A DNA stretch of 64,000 nt from Parasitella parasitica NRRL 2501 (GCA_025201805.1 MU619366.1:12006-76005), one strand, 5' to 3'. Positions 1-13,700 are shown, counted from the stretch's first letter. The notes: generated by a model not told the origin, from the letters alone. A program made the numbers and translations.

Positions 1-145
1 AATTCATTTTCTCGATATACAATTTAAATAGCTCTTACAGTCTCCCTATTTACAAACAACTTTATATCACTTTGACTTACCTGCTCACTTACGAATGTAA
101 TCATAAAAGAGAACTTGACATTTATCAGTTGGTCCGGTTTACAAG

Positions 146-721
146 ATGAAAACTTACTATTCTGTGTCTACGAAGATAATTACAATGGCTCTCGAACGTA
201 AATATGGTTCTGGTTCTTCTGGTGCAAGGTTCATGAGGGAACCTAAAGTCTTCAATGGAAAGGACGAAGAAAAGGCTTCGGTTTGGCTCGCACGCATGAA
301 CAGGCTCAAGAAAAGTGCCAAGCTTACTGCCGAGGAAATGTTGATAATCGTGGAGGAGCACCTGGTCAAGAAGGCTGAATCGTGGTGGAACGTTGTTGGT
401 GCCAAGGCAGAGAATTGGGCTCAATTCGAAGATGCCTTTAAGAAGCAATACTTGGTGGATCTGGACGATAAATGGTGGGCTGCGATCTATGCATTGAAAC
501 AAGGCGAAAAATTTCGTACTGTTACCGATGTTGCCATTAGGTTGGAAGAACTGTTCAACTTACTGGGTAACAAGGATCAAGGCTTGCTGGTACACACCTT
601 CTTGAATGCTATTAAATCAAGCATTGCATACGAGGTTGAGAAAGAGAACCGTCCCACAACCTTTGCAATTGCCAAGGAAAGAGCATGCCAAATCGAGAAG
701 TACCAGGTTAAGTACGGGATA
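146..721 (+). mobile_element. Ty3/gypsy-type retrotransposon gag (capsid) fragment, truncated by a CACTA-like insertion at 722
   Basis: Translation EPKVFNG...ASVWL...AESWW...NWAQFEDAFKKQY...ALKQGE...HTFLNAIK resembles Retrotrans_gag. The ORF's last ~50 aa come from the inserted element. Confidence 0.8.
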
Positions 722-1093
722 CACTATGGCCTCCTAGATGTTCTCGGTGAACACAAACGTGCTCAAAAGGGAAAATTATTAGGGTCATGGGAGCATTTAT
801 GTGCTTGTGAGAACATAAATGATTTTGCCCCAGAATGTTGTGCGTTTATAAAAAAAGTCGAGATAGCTCATTTTTAATTATATATTATTATTTCTGAGAC
901 ATTTCGGTTTTTTTTTGTGCTTGTAGTAACATTTGCTACCAAATATTCGTTATGACATTGCATTCCAAAGATCGCATCTCTGTTTTGAGCAAAAGTTTAT
1001 TTATGGTCTTCTCACGACCATACAAATGTTCATTTGAGAGCAAAAAGTGAAGAAAAAGTACCTACTGTTAACCAAAGTGTTGTTCAAGATGTT

Positions 1094-1831
1094 NNNNNNN
1101 NNNNNNNNNNNNNNNNNNNNNNNNNNNNNNNNNNNNNNNNNNNNNNNNNNNNNNNNNNNNNNNNNNNNNNNNNNNNNNNNNNNNNNNNNNNNNNNNNNNN
1201 NNNNNNNNNNNNNNNNNNNNNNNNNNNNNNNNNNNNNNNNNNNNNNNNNNNNNNNNNNNNNNNNNNNNNNNNNNNNNNNNNNNNNNNNNNNNNNNNNNNN
1301 NNNNNNNNNNNNNNNNNNNNNNNNNNNNNNNNNNNNNNNNNNNNNNNNNNNNNNNNNNNNNNNNNNNNNNNNNNNNNNNNNNNNNNNNNNNNNNNNNNNN
1401 NNNNNNNNNNNNNNNNNNNNNNNNNNNNNNNNNNNNNNNNNNNNNNNNNNNNNNNNNNNNNNNNNNNNNNNNNNNNNNNNNNNNNNNNNNNNNNNNNNNN
1501 NNNNNNNNNNNNNNNNNNNNNNNNNNNNNNNNNNNNNNNNNNNNNNNNNNNNNNNNNNNNNNNNNNNNNNNNNNNNNNNNNNNNNNNNNNNNNNNNNNNN
1601 NNNNNNNNNNNNNNNNNNNNNNNNNNNNNNNNNNNNNNNNNNNNNNNNNNNNNNNNNNNNNNNNNNNNNNNNNNNNNNNNNNNNNNNNNNNNNNNNNNNN
1701 NNNNNNNNNNNNNNNNNNNNNNNNNNNNNNNNNNNNNNNNNNNNNNNNNNNNNNNNNNNNNNNNNNNNNNNNNNNNNNNNNNNNNNNNNNNNNNNNNNNN
1801 NNNNNNNNNNNNNNNNNNNNNNNNNNNNNNN
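1094..1831. other. Assembly gap (N run); further gaps at 24697-24760, 27978-27992, 43576-43783, 46068-46481, 55051-55060
   Basis: Runs of n. The later gaps abut poly-A or poly-T tracts. Confidence 0.98.
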
Positions 1832-1832
1832 G

Positions 1833-2038
1833 GTATAATTTTGTGCCCAGTATCTGAACATATACGATAATATAAGAGGTTTGCTGTTCATTTTTGCCCT
1901 GGATTCTAGAAGTTACAGTATGAAGCTAAACCTTGCTACTTTTTTTTCAAGATGCTGCCTCCTTGCTTCTTTTTTCGAGTATTTTATATGATGTTGTAGT
2001 GTATCATCTCTTTTCACAATTAATGTAGGTGGTTATTT
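1833..2038 (-). repeat. Dispersed repeat; diverged inverted copy at 59809-60000
   Basis: Its reverse complement (AAATAACCACCTACATTAAT...ATCCAGGGCAAA.ATGAACAGCAAACCTCT.ATATTATCGTA...TGTTCAGATA.TGGGC.CAAAA) aligns with 59809-60000. Confidence 0.9.
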
Positions 2039-3319
2039 GTTATTGTCGCCAACAAAATTTATTTTACTGATGCACTTTTCTTGTATATAGCAAATACCTC
2101 AGCAGTTGCTTCAATTTCAAATCGGGTAATAGCTAACCTTGCACTGTTTTTCATCATTGCCTGTGTCAACCACAAAGACTACATAATCAAGACAATATTG
2201 CATGTGACGATATGAAATAAAGCAATAATAAATTACTGGTCCATACAACAAAAATTGAGAAATAAACAAAAGCGAAAGCTACATTTTTATATACAAATTT
2301 TACTTTTTTGAGTGTACGGGCACATTCTTGCTTCATGAGCACATTTTTTTCAAGCCTTTTTAGCGTAATTTTAAGCCTATAAAACTAGTAATTTATGTGC
2401 TCATTTGAGCATAAAAATGTGATCATTTAAGATGTTTCAATTTTTGTTCTCGCATGAGCACATTTATCGCCTTAACCTAGCTCGATAAGCACTTTTTTTG
2501 GCTCTAAAAAATGTTCCCGTTCATGCACATCAATATTCTCATGAGAACATCGGCGAGGCCATAGTGATATTATGTTTTAAATATATATGAACAGAAAATA
2601 TTTTTTTCGTATGTTTTTAGCAGGGGCTTACTTTGATTTTCTAACTTTCAGAGCAATGAATGGTATATAAAGATGCATGATATAGCAATAAAAAAATAGA
2701 GATACAACATAGCTACCAAAAGGTTTTTGTTTGGTCAAAAAATACCCTCTTTTGAATGGCTTTATTTTGGCCCTCTAAGTATAGGACCGGAAAATAGTAG
2801 ATTCATTTTGGTCGAGACAAGATTTTGATTTTTGGCAGATGTAATGAAGCTACAGTTGTGAACAAGATATTGATGTATAGGCATTGACATGGTGATTTGT
2901 TTTATTAACTTTATAGAGCTGAATGTGCTCAAAATATGCTTTATTTTACTCAAAAAGTATCAAAAATGCCGTTTTTTGAATAATTGAAAATTGGTAATAA
3001 GAAAAGGTATTTCTACAGCTTTGTAATTTATATGGTTTGATGTAGGATTTACTTTTTGCTATAAAACATTTAGCACGCATATCCGATATACTTATTACGT
3101 TCTTGAGATATCTAGCAATGAACTATCCAAAAAAAGCTCAATTTGGTTTTGGGCCAAATGGACACACAATGCTGAGATTCAATCTACAGCCTTTTTTTTT
3201 TGCTGTATATGAGTGCAACTCCTATTTTTAAATGAAAAGTTAAGCATGATTCAAACAGGTAACTTGCGTACATGTCTCAATATGAATCGATTAAATTGCC
3301 GGGATACTGCATAGTACGG

Positions 3320-3530
3320 TGTTAAATCAATAATATGGCAAGGTCTCACGTCAGGATCTCAGATCAGTCCCAGGGTCTTACAGTAAATTATGAGTAGTCA
3401 TGATTTACATTATGCAGCTAGGCAGTAGAACCCTAGTGTAATGAATGTGTATATAATACATCGAGAGATGTATTATGAATAAAAGTGTAATTCTTTGGCG
3501 GATTTATTTTATCAGACTTGTGATATAACA
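3320..3530 (+). mobile_element. Solo-LTR-like element abutting and truncating the LINE
   Basis: TG...CA ends with a 9/10 inverted repeat (TGTTAAATCA / TGATATAACA). Internal TATATAA and AATAAA. No TSD. Confidence 0.6.
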
Positions 3531-5230
3531 AGTGGGATGGCGAGAGACAAGGCGGAAGGAGGAACGAACGCGGATCACCTGTGATTCTGGATCGAAGAGA
3601 AAAATGTCACTAACAAGAAGTTGTTTAGCATTAGGATAGCTTTGTAATACTAGATCTGCAGGTATAAAGCTGTGAAAAGAAGGATGATTAGTAGGTAAAG
3701 ATTGTAGTAAAATGTCATATAAAGGTAAAGATAAACAAGTAGGTGCATTCACGTAACATGTGTCAAAGTTATTAGGTGGAAACTTAGAAATACAAGCCTC
3801 AATATTAATGAACGGATTGAGATAAGTAAATTGAACCAAAGGTCTGTCGGGTAACCAATGTCGGCGCCGTGATGATGGAAAGAGTAGATAATATAAGAAG
3901 TGATGGAATTCTGAAGAGTAGTAAAACCATGAGAGAGCATACATAAGGATTGGAAGCGAAGGAACCGTATAATGAGAGAGTAAAGGAAAATTGAGATAGT
4001 GAAGAAGAATAGGACACACCCAGTGCCACTGGAGAGCCTGTTGTTGAGTAAGAGGATCCAGGAGGCCAACACCACCCGAAGTCCGAGGCTGAGAGCGAGT
4101 ATCAAAAGAGAAAATTGGAAAGATACGTCGATTAATAAAGGCGGCACCTAGGCTTCTCAAAGAGAGTAGCTGTGCTTTGGTAAATGTGGTTATTCGCATA
4201 ACATGCCATAAGGTAGAGTAAAGAAGGCTATTCATAACCGTGGCACAACCACAAATGGATAGTTGGCGTTGTGAGTGGATTTGAATGCCATTTCGGGTAG
4301 AGTCATAAAGTTTTTGGTATGCAACATTGCGTTGGGTGATGTTAGAACATATAGGATAACCGAGATAAATGAGAGGAGTTGCAGATGTACAATCATGCCA
4401 GGCATGAATGTCATTAGCGGTGAGCAGCGCTGACCACGAAGCAGATGGTTTACCTGATAAGGAAGTAGCAACTGTTTTGTGATAGTTAAGTAAAGCGTTA
4501 GAAGCCTGCATATATATATAAATCGCCTGTTGTAAGAGCATAAAGTCCTGAGGGGTTTTCAGATACACCAATGTGTCATCAGCATACGCCAGTATTTTGA
4601 CGGACAAAGGAGATGGAAAGACTGTAGAATCGGGTTGAGGGGCTTCACAAGAGAGATCAAAACCTTGGAATTGAGGGTTTTGGTGGGTAGAACGAAGAAA
4701 AGGGTCGAATGCAATATTGAAAAGGAGTGGAGAGATGGGATCGCCTTGACGAATCCCTCGTTGTTGAATAATATAAGACTGAGAGATGTGTCCGTTGATG
4801 TTGATGTGTATCTGCGTAGAAAAGAAAAGAGTTAGTAGGGAGTGAATGATGTTAGTAGGTAAATTGAATTTGAGCATAACCGCCCGAAGGTAGTCAGGAT
4901 GAACTCGGTCATATGCCTTCTCTTGATCAAGTAATAGGGCAATGGTGTCTGATGATTGTTGTGTAGCGGTCAACTTGGTGGTTTGAAGGATCATCAAGCC
5001 ATTTTCACCTATAAATCGCCCAGGCATGAACCCGGATTGTTGTGGGCAAATGATTTTGTTCATCAAAGGCATGAGTCGAGAATTGGGCAGACGAGTAAAA
5101 AGGTCTTTGCGTCGCAACAAATCAAAGACAAAGGGCGCCGATTTTTCAAATTGGAAAGATCACCAGATTTGGGCAGCAAACACATACATGTTTTGAGCCA
5201 GCTGGCTGGAAAGATGCCTAACGTGAGCAA
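3531..5230 (-). mobile_element. Non-LTR (L1/Tx1-like LINE) retrotransposon ORF2 fragment with reverse transcriptase; frameshifted near 5110, both ends truncated
   Basis: Motifs LLPKSGDL..LKNRRPLSL, QSGFMPGR, LDQEKAYDRV, GIRQGDPISPLLF, LAYADD, YLGYP and GGVGLLD. Confidence 0.92.
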
Positions 5231-5600
5231 TAAACTCAGTCTCTTCCTCATACATAATATTATTACCATATTAGGCTATTTATCCTCGCAGAACATTACA
5301 ATATTGGAATTGAGATGATTTTTTTTTGTATACTTGGATTTAGTAGAACTCCGATGGCTCAGTTAGACAGGCGAATTTATAGGATCTATAGTGTCCTTCC
5401 TATAAGTTTTTCTTGAATGAGCTGACATTCCGCATAGTGATGTATATTTCAAATATTTCAATAATATAATAAAATGAGACTTGTAATAATTCACAGCTTT
5501 CAACTGTATCCGAACAATGAAAGAAGTATATCGTTTATTATGATATAAATAATACAGGGTATTTATATCCTCAATTATTTACTACGAGTGAGATGGTAGC

Positions 5601-5788
5601 TGTAATAACCAATAGATTAATGTGATAGTATGTTGTCACTGTTGATGAACGAATAGAAAATACACCGTGTTAGCACTGTCAATTGGTTTGATATGTTTCA
5701 TTGTTGAGATTGTGATTTATCAGAATGAGAAATTATTCAAATAAAAAGGTTGTGAATTAATCAGGTAAAGATCTCGTTTATTATTACA
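5601..5788 (+). mobile_element. Possible short solo-LTR relic
   Basis: TGTAATAA...TTATTACA perfect 8-bp inverted ends and an internal AATAAA. No TSD. Confidence 0.35.
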
Positions 5789-6601
5789 TGAAAAAAATGA
5801 TGGTTTATATACTACTGAATCTAAGTGTACTGATGGGAGGACAAGATACAAGTGTGAGACATGGTGTGATTTAGAGAATGGAACGATAGATCGTATCTAT
5901 TGTCCATGAACATGTCATGTTGAGTTATAAATAAGGAACATGATCCATTGGGACATGTTCCTGAATTGTGTTCAGGATTGAGTTTACTTGAGTTTGACTT
6001 CCGATTTGGAAATTGACACATCAGATTGATCCAAGAATATGAGCTGATGTAACATATAAAATAGTTTGTTCGCACCTTGACATTTGAGCAAGTCCGCATA
6101 CCTTGTTGATGTCATGGCAGCCGAGACATTGCGATATCCAGTGACAGTTGAGATATTATACTGATTCGTATCTGATACAATCATATAATATATTCGCAGT
6201 AAACCAGCAAGCGTAGTACTTGTAGGAATTGATATAGTGAAGATGTAGCATAGCGTATACATCACATAGAAAACAAGTGATAGAATTTCTAATCTTTATT
6301 ATTTTCTCATTTTTTGTTATCACATACAATCATCTGCTGTGCTCTTTTTCAAGACCCAGCGCGGCAGTAGTTATTTCGCGGAAGTCTCAGGGCTTAAAAT
6401 AAAAAATCACTGCTTTAATAAAAAGTTATCGAGTTAATGTATATTTCTTTGAAGTTCAATGTTGATACGGAATTCCATCATGAAAAATTTGCATCATAGT
6501 CTATTTTAAGAATAAAAAAGCCAAAAAACGACATTGGAAATTGGATCCGATCAGGAACGGTTCCCATTGTATTCTATACTACGTACAGTTTGTTGTGCCA
6601 G

Positions 6602-6703
6602 TGTCAAAGGGCGCAGCGTAATGTTATGTAAATATGATTTGTATAAAGTAATAAAGCCTTTTCTGAATAAAGCCAGATACGAAACTGGAGACTTTTATTG
6701 ACA
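6602..6703 (+). mobile_element. Possible very short LTR-like relic
   Basis: TGTCAA...TTGACA ends and two AATAAA. No TSD. Confidence 0.25.
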
Positions 6704-8358
6704 TAAGATATGATCTCTATTTATACTAAAATATACCCCAATCAATGTTTATCTGATGTTTGACAAGAAGTGTCAAACTTTATTAAATCACAGCATTTCC
6801 AGGACAGACCTATCTTTCTATTTTACATTAAAGAGAAGATAGAGTAAGATGTCTTCCCGACATCCCACTATCTGATCTAGATGTATTCATTGAATAAGCC
6901 TGGAACCTTGCAAGAGGTCCAATTACAACTTGTAGCTTATGTCTGATTAGCATTGTGATTTCGTAAACCGCTCTATTATAGTATGGTAAAGTGCCATTGT
7001 TATTATTGTCTGTCCCCTAAAATATTGGTAAAAAATTCCTACGTCTTTTCCAGTTTACGTCGTACTATGAACAATATGGTCAACATGAGTGGTCATGATC
7101 TTATAGTTGTTTTAAGTGCAAAAACTTTGTGCGGCTCCTTCGGCTAAATGAAGTTGTATTACTCACACAATTGTGACAACAAATTCTTATTTTACTAACA
7201 TGCCATCTCAAAAGCTACAACATCGTAGTCCTATCTGACCGCAATTGATTACAACTCTCACAATCACCAGCACAAAAACATTCCTAATATTTTATTTAAA
7301 TTGCTGGAATCAAACAACAAAACGGCGGGTATTTTTTAGACCAACTGCACACCACTCACTCGATGTTTATCTATGCAAGCCATTGTCGTTCTACAAATTA
7401 TAATCCCCTTTCGTCGCCTGAATTGCCAACTCCTCTGGTAACTCGTACTCTTCTTTAATAAATACTCACTTTATCCGCAAATTTACTATATGTAATATCT
7501 ATATTATACATAGCCTGTAGATGAAAAAACTAGGCGGCCGTTGCAACAATTGTTCCTTCTATTTATTGGATGTCAGTAATAAAGAAAGGTTTTCCTTTTT
7601 GATTTCATTACGTTACCCAGTTTCTGGTATTTCTAACTGCATTTAGGAAACCATCAGATGAGGGCGGACAAAAATTATTTGAACATATGGTTCTGTTTGA
7701 AGTGATTAAGGGTAGACGTAATGAGAGGGTACCTCATGCAGTTCCAACGTCTCCGTTTTCAAGAAATAGCCTCTTTTGGTATGAGCCGCAACAAAAGCGA
7801 CCATTCAATTTAATCGAATTTATGTAATATATGGATTAAGTGGCAGATCGCCGTTATGGCAAAGGCAAATTTGCCCACATAGGAAAAATGTCATGTAATA
7901 TGAAACTGTCCCTGGATTACTGTGCCCATCATCAAGACAACAACAGTATCGAGAAATGAAACGTAGTTCTTCCCTAGCATTAGTTTAAACACAATGACAA
8001 CTCAATGGAAATCTCTCGAAAAAAAGACAGTAAGCTACCCTTGATACGTTTGCTATTGATAAAATCATACGAAACCAGAGGTGTTTTTTAATAGATTTTT
8101 ATTTTAAATAGCTCATGCCACTGATAAATGACGGAGTGGAAGTGTTTAGAATGATAATTGCGGTGCATTTTCCTACTTATTACATGAAATTCACATCATT
8201 GGGGCAAGTTTAAATTGAATATATGTATTTAAAGTTGGCAAAATATCTAGTGTATTTGGAATCGCTTCCCCCAACTCAAGATGGGCTTCCCTGGTATGGA
8301 GCGTCTATTAAAAGAAATTTCAGATAGAAGTTCAATAGAGCCTTAAAATTTCGAGCAA

Positions 8359-8962
8359 ATGAGTGAGATACTTAAATCATTAGGTGCAAGAAAAATCAAG
8401 TGTAATTTCTCATCAAGCTCAGCTAGCGTTCTCCTTGATAGCGTCGATTATGAATATGTTTTCAACCATGTGATTTTAACAAAAAGCAACGATCTGATTC
8501 AGCAGTACATAGCAGAGTTTTACCATTCATTAAAACACCTCGAGTTTTTTGGCAACATGCTCTTGCCTATTTGCAATTACAACTCAATTGATTCACGTGT
8601 TTACGACTTTGCCATTCCTTGTCTCTTTAAATCCGCCTTTCCTTCCAAATCTCCAAAACATCAGCTACAAAGATATCGAACACCTCTGCATATCAGATGA
8701 TTGTGCAACCAAAAAGATATTTTGGGAAACGTCCTTTTACAAAGATGTGGCAGTGGGGGCTACTGCATGTTTCCATGGTTGCCTAAAATACGATGCAAAC
8801 GCTTCTCCCTGTTCGCATCGAGTAAAAAAAAAGGCACCAGTTTGCACTGAAAATCATCAAACAAAGCAACCTTTGAAGAGTTATTTATTGATTTCATGCA
8901 TTTTTATGGACACGAGTTTGACTATAAAAGCTTTGCAATATCCTTCTGCTATGTACAAATAA
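8359..8962 (+). pseudogene. Decayed, frameshifted coding relic (possibly F-box/LRR-type family)
   Basis: Overlapping short ORFs in different frames. LRR-like phrases such as FYHSLKHLEF and FLPNLQNI. Confidence 0.25.
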
Positions 8963-10037
8963 TTGCTATACAAGAATGTATAAATTATAGATTGACAGAC
9001 AATATGTTTGCCGACTGTAAAAACGAAGGGATACTATTCAATAATATAATAAATTCGTATAAAAGGACTAGTTCTCTATAAAATAAATAAATATACACTA
9101 AGGAGGAATTTATGTAAAATAATGTAAAGTTAAGTTTACAAGAAAAAAAGGTTGTTTATTTTCAATGTTGACATATGCAAAGCATATGCAACCTGCAGAA
9201 AGATCGATCAATTACTATATAAAGATGTGTAACCAAAAATGTACACAACAGCTATTTGCACATATCACTTGAAGATGGGAGGACAATTTCAACAATTAAT
9301 TGTTGGCGATAGAGGATCCAATATTGTTTGACGTGAACCTTGGGTAAGCATCATAACTTTCCAGTGTCTGGTTAGCAAACTAATGCAACTTAGTGCTGGT
9401 ATTGTCGACTCGCAAGGCTTGCTAAAGTTTCGAAATACATTGAGGGGGCGTTCACATTATTATACAGCGGGGTGTCATTCGAGCAAGTGATAGCAAACAC
9501 ACAGGTCATTAATCAAAATGACAACCTTCATGGTGTTTCTAGCACGCAGCCAAATCACAGGCCTTTTTTACGATTTAGATGAACCCCGTCAACAAAAACA
9601 ATTGCACTTGTGGGATTACTAAAGATACGAGAGCAAATTCGAGAGAATAAATGTTATTGTGATCGTATACGAAAACTATTTGCCTCATTTGGCGTTGAAG
9701 ATCATTTAATTAATCTTGATTACAACGTTAAGCATGTAATGTTTACTGATACCTAACGTAATGTAAATAATATCCTCATACCTACGTCGTTTATGTTTGA
9801 TGGCGAAAAAGTGTACCTGTTAGAGCTTTACGATACAATCACTGAAGCCAACTGATAGTTGTTTACATTTAGGCAAATAATCAATAATATGTAACATAAA
9901 TTTTTGTATTTAATTGCTAAATAAACACCGTAAATAAAGCTGCTAAAAAAATAGTAGTAAATCTTGATCAGCATATTATAGTTTAATAAATAGTAAAGAA
10001 TTATACACGAAATAATTGAATTTATACATCCAACATA

Positions 10038-11469
10038 CTAATTACTCTTCTTGCTAGAAACAGTAGCTTGTTGTTGAGGAGGTAGTGGAACAGCAGCAAC
10101 AGCGACAGTGGTGTTAGCAGGCCTTGAATTGGCTTGAAGACCTGCACGAGTATATATTAATGTGCCAACAAATACGAGGAGAGACCCCATTTTAGCTCCA
10201 AAACAGAAATCATTCTTAAAATAAATGATAGAAAACATCAGCGAGGAGAACTTTCTCAGGTTCAGAACCAAGTTTAAAGTCAAAGATGTAGCAACTGAAG
10301 TCATACGATTGACGCCAGCGATGCAAACATATTGTGTAAGCATGTTCATCAACAAGAATGCCCATAATTTGCGCATTTGAATCGATTGAAGAGTTTCTAA
10401 TAATGCGGTAGGGACGATTTCGCACAGATAACCTAAGAACGGAACTTGATCCATAAGAGCAGGAATTGACATCAATGGGGATTTGTTATAAGCAATAACT
10501 TGATTGTATAAGTCTTGATAGAAAAGTAAAAATAAGGGAATGGCGAGAAAATGCTACACATTCACAGGTTACATTTACATGATACAGGCCAAATGCATTA
10601 CACTTACAGTATAGAACAATCCTTCTCTCCATTCTTTACCGTATTTTTTGTACGTCACCTCTTGGAATAATCCCATACCAGCTGATAAGATCATTGCAAC
10701 CAGCAAAAGCAAAATACCAATAATAAATTCCGTTGTGCTACCTGGATTATTCTATTCAGTGTGATTTAGCATTCATATTGGCAAGCCTTGTAGTATTCTT
10801 ATTACCTCAGTATACGTAGAAGCGTTGTCCAAAGTTGCCCAGATAACACCAGCAGTTACAAATAAGACACCAATAATTTGATCCAAAGAATATCTACTTG
10901 AGTTATGAGATAAATGCAACCCACTCCTCTTGCAGAATCTTGCCTTTTTTTCATAATCAACGCACCCAAGATCATGTTGACAATCAATCCTCCACTTCTA
11001 AAAATAATGTGCAATGGAACTGAAATATTATATCCTAGTGCCAAGTTATTCAGAATGGATACTATAAAAAACATGATAACCAGAAAGAGCCAGTTCGTTA
11101 GAGGAACTACAGTGGGCTTCAATTTTGGCCCATATTTGCCCCAAGTAATTTGATTCCTGAGACCTTCTACTGCCACAAACAAAAATTGACCAAATGTAAT
11201 TAATTGACCTGTTTTTATACATTTAGATGAGATGAGCTGTGTCTGTTTTGTCATATAAATGTTTAACTTACCACTTTTTGGAGCATCGCTAGAAAAGAAA
11301 CTATATTAGTATCCGTAAATCAATAAATTCATTGTTGCACTTACGTTACCAACACTTCCAAAGCAAACACGTTACTACAACAGCCTCCAAAAATGAGAGC
11401 CAGTATCATAGGCATATCAGAAGCAATCATATGAATGAGTGCTCCTTTAAAGTTATCAGAGCTGTTCAT
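10038..11469 (-). CDS. YEA4: UDP-GlcNAc/UDP-xylose nucleotide-sugar transporter (Yea4/SLC35B4, UAA family), multi-exon
   Basis: Exon 1 encodes ILALIFGGCCSNVFALE. Later exons have LITFGQFLF, ISVPLHIIFRSGG, NMLTQYVCI and LRKF.SL. Confidence 0.92.
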
Positions 11470-11726
11470 GTTGAATTCTTTGTATTTTGAGAAGAATTGC
11501 AGAAAAGGGGACAATATTGCCTGATCCTATATAGAAAAGTACGAGTTTCAGCGTTTAATATAAGTCACGAAGGTTACAGCAGTAAGAGGACCCTTAATGG
11601 GATATCGGCCCGTCGAACCTTTTTATCCTGATCATCTTCTGAAATAACGGCATTCATTATTACCAAAAGCGATTTTATTAGTGGCTTTATGGATCGGTAA
11701 AAACACACGCAAGAGTTGTAATGAAT

Positions 11727-12534
11727 TCATCGTTTTGATGTTGTCATGGAAGGCATTTCTTCTTGGCCATGTTTTAATTTTCTAAGGGTGACGCTTATTC
11801 TGGTTCCTCTTTTAATCGATTGACCATCAATCTCATCAACTAATCTTGATTGAATTCCATGCTCCCAATCATATCTTGCCTCTTGCGATAGTGCTAAAAT
11901 ATCTCCAGAACGTAGCAGTATATCGTGTTTACCTCGGTCATCCGTATTTTCGGCATTGTAAAAGTTGGTATTCTTCCTAGCCGGTTTCATTGTCATAATA
12001 CAAGATGACAGTAGTGAAATGATCAATATCCCATCTTCAAATCTAAAGTATGCCAAAAAGTTTAGAGTCTATCTCAATGTATATGCACATAAGCGCAAAC
12101 CTTGCCAAATCAACGTGGCTAGCTATCCCTTCACCTAAAGATACAGATGTACACTCATCAGATGCTTTGTCTTGGTTTGCATTCCATAATTTACCCTTAG
12201 TATACAAATTTAGAATTGCTTGATCAAACAACGGCATTCTATTCAGGATATCTTGAGCATATATTCCTGGATATCTTTTAATAATCCAAGGCTGTATCCA
12301 GTCGATATATTCCGGTAATTTTCCAAATATCATGGTCTGGTTTGCATTTCCTCCAAAATGATTGTGATCAATAAGAGCGTGTATTAGTGACATTTGCTCT
12401 TCATGCGATAATGCTTGTTTGATTAGCTTCAAACCTGGAATAGGATCGAAGGTAATAATAGGTCTCAGCTCTTCGTGTATCTCTGTCTCATCATCACTCC
12501 CAAAAAGGTCTTGCCAGTCTATATTGTTTTGCAT
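11727..12534 (-). CDS. AlkB-like 2OG-Fe(II) dioxygenase, 3 exons
   Basis: Spliced sequence NLYTKGEGIASHVDLARFEDG (HxD), then ARYDWEHGI (His) and RISVTLR (RxxxxxR). Confidence 0.88.
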
Positions 12535-13700
12535 TGTTGTGTCGTTGCTAAAAAAAAAAAAACAAAAGGAATGAAAATTTGTGAAACAGAATCTGAAGCT
12601 TATAAAATCTCTAAACCATTTATCAAATATCATTTAAAAAAAAAGCCTTGTATATTCGTCCATGGTAATCATTAAGAGACAATGAACCTAGTTTCGATAT
12701 GTAAAATTGACTTGTATCATTTAAACGCCAACAAAACAAAAGCAATGGTCTCGTTTACATTATTGCATCGTTGGTATATATAGTGGGTATGGGGAAGTAG
12801 GCCGCAGAAAATTTCAAAGCAGAATTTCTAAATGCATTTCACGCTAATTGCTACAGAAAACCAATAATACTGATCTTTTCTTGATAAATGTATAGAAATT
12901 TTTACCCATCTACATCCATGTAAAAAGAGAAATAGATTTAAATTGTTTGTTTGCAAGTGAGCTTTCACTTTCAGCCACAAATATTGCACTCTATTGTCTC
13001 TTAACATTTTTTAAAGATAAAAGACAAAGAAGCTGAATATTGTATTTTTTTTCCACTGGGGATTGCTGATCCTCTGATGATCAATCAAAGAACCTATCAT
13101 TCTAGATGCTAGTGGGTAAAAGAGTTATTTATACAGGTGCAAACTGAAAAAAAAATTAAAGGAGGTAAGTAGCACAAGAGTAATAAGGGCTATCTTGCCA
13201 AAACATACTCATACATATGCTATATTTTTAGAAATAAACATCAACGGTTCTATAACCCAACTACTCGAAAGAATTACGAGCTAATTAGTGACAATTTCAT
13301 TCATTTGAGATCTTCAGCCACTTTCAACCAACAGTATTTTCATTTGGTTTGCAGACCTTTCATGTTCAAATTCAACTTCAGGTATTTATAAATGGAAATT
13401 CAGACAACATTCCTTTTTTTTATTGGATAAATTTATTTTTCAATTTCAGATATCTTATTAACTTTCCTTTTATAGATGTAAGAAAGTAAAATTGAAATTC
13501 CTATAAAAACAACAAGACACGGTCCGAAAAGATCCCCAAAGTATTCTACTAATAGGCTCAAGTATATATTTAGCTTGGCTGAAACCCAATTCTTCTTGGT
13601 AAATTAGCTTTCCAAATGATATTAAAAAGAAACTTGGCTTTTTTGGCTTCCTTCTCTCCGTTTAGCTCTCTTTTTACTCTTTTATTCAACCCTATAAAAA

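Larger units (their letters stand above)
722..2566. mobile_element. CACTA (CMC/EnSpm)-like DNA transposon, probably non-autonomous; spans an N gap
   Basis: Left end CACTATGGCCTCctaGATGTTCTC (722) and right end GAGAACATCggcGAGGCCATAGTG (ends 2566) are inverted. ATA flanks both ends (719-721, 2567-2569). GAGCA/TGCTC subterminal motifs recur at both ends. Confidence 0.75.

Noticed and set aside
1001-1891. Long ORFs made of X (also near 43412-44015 and 45881-46529)
   Set aside because: Artefacts of N gaps.
6758-6779. Hairpin GTTTGACA-agaag-TGTCAAAC as a Helitron end
   Set aside because: No adjacent CTRR terminus or Rep/helicase remnant.
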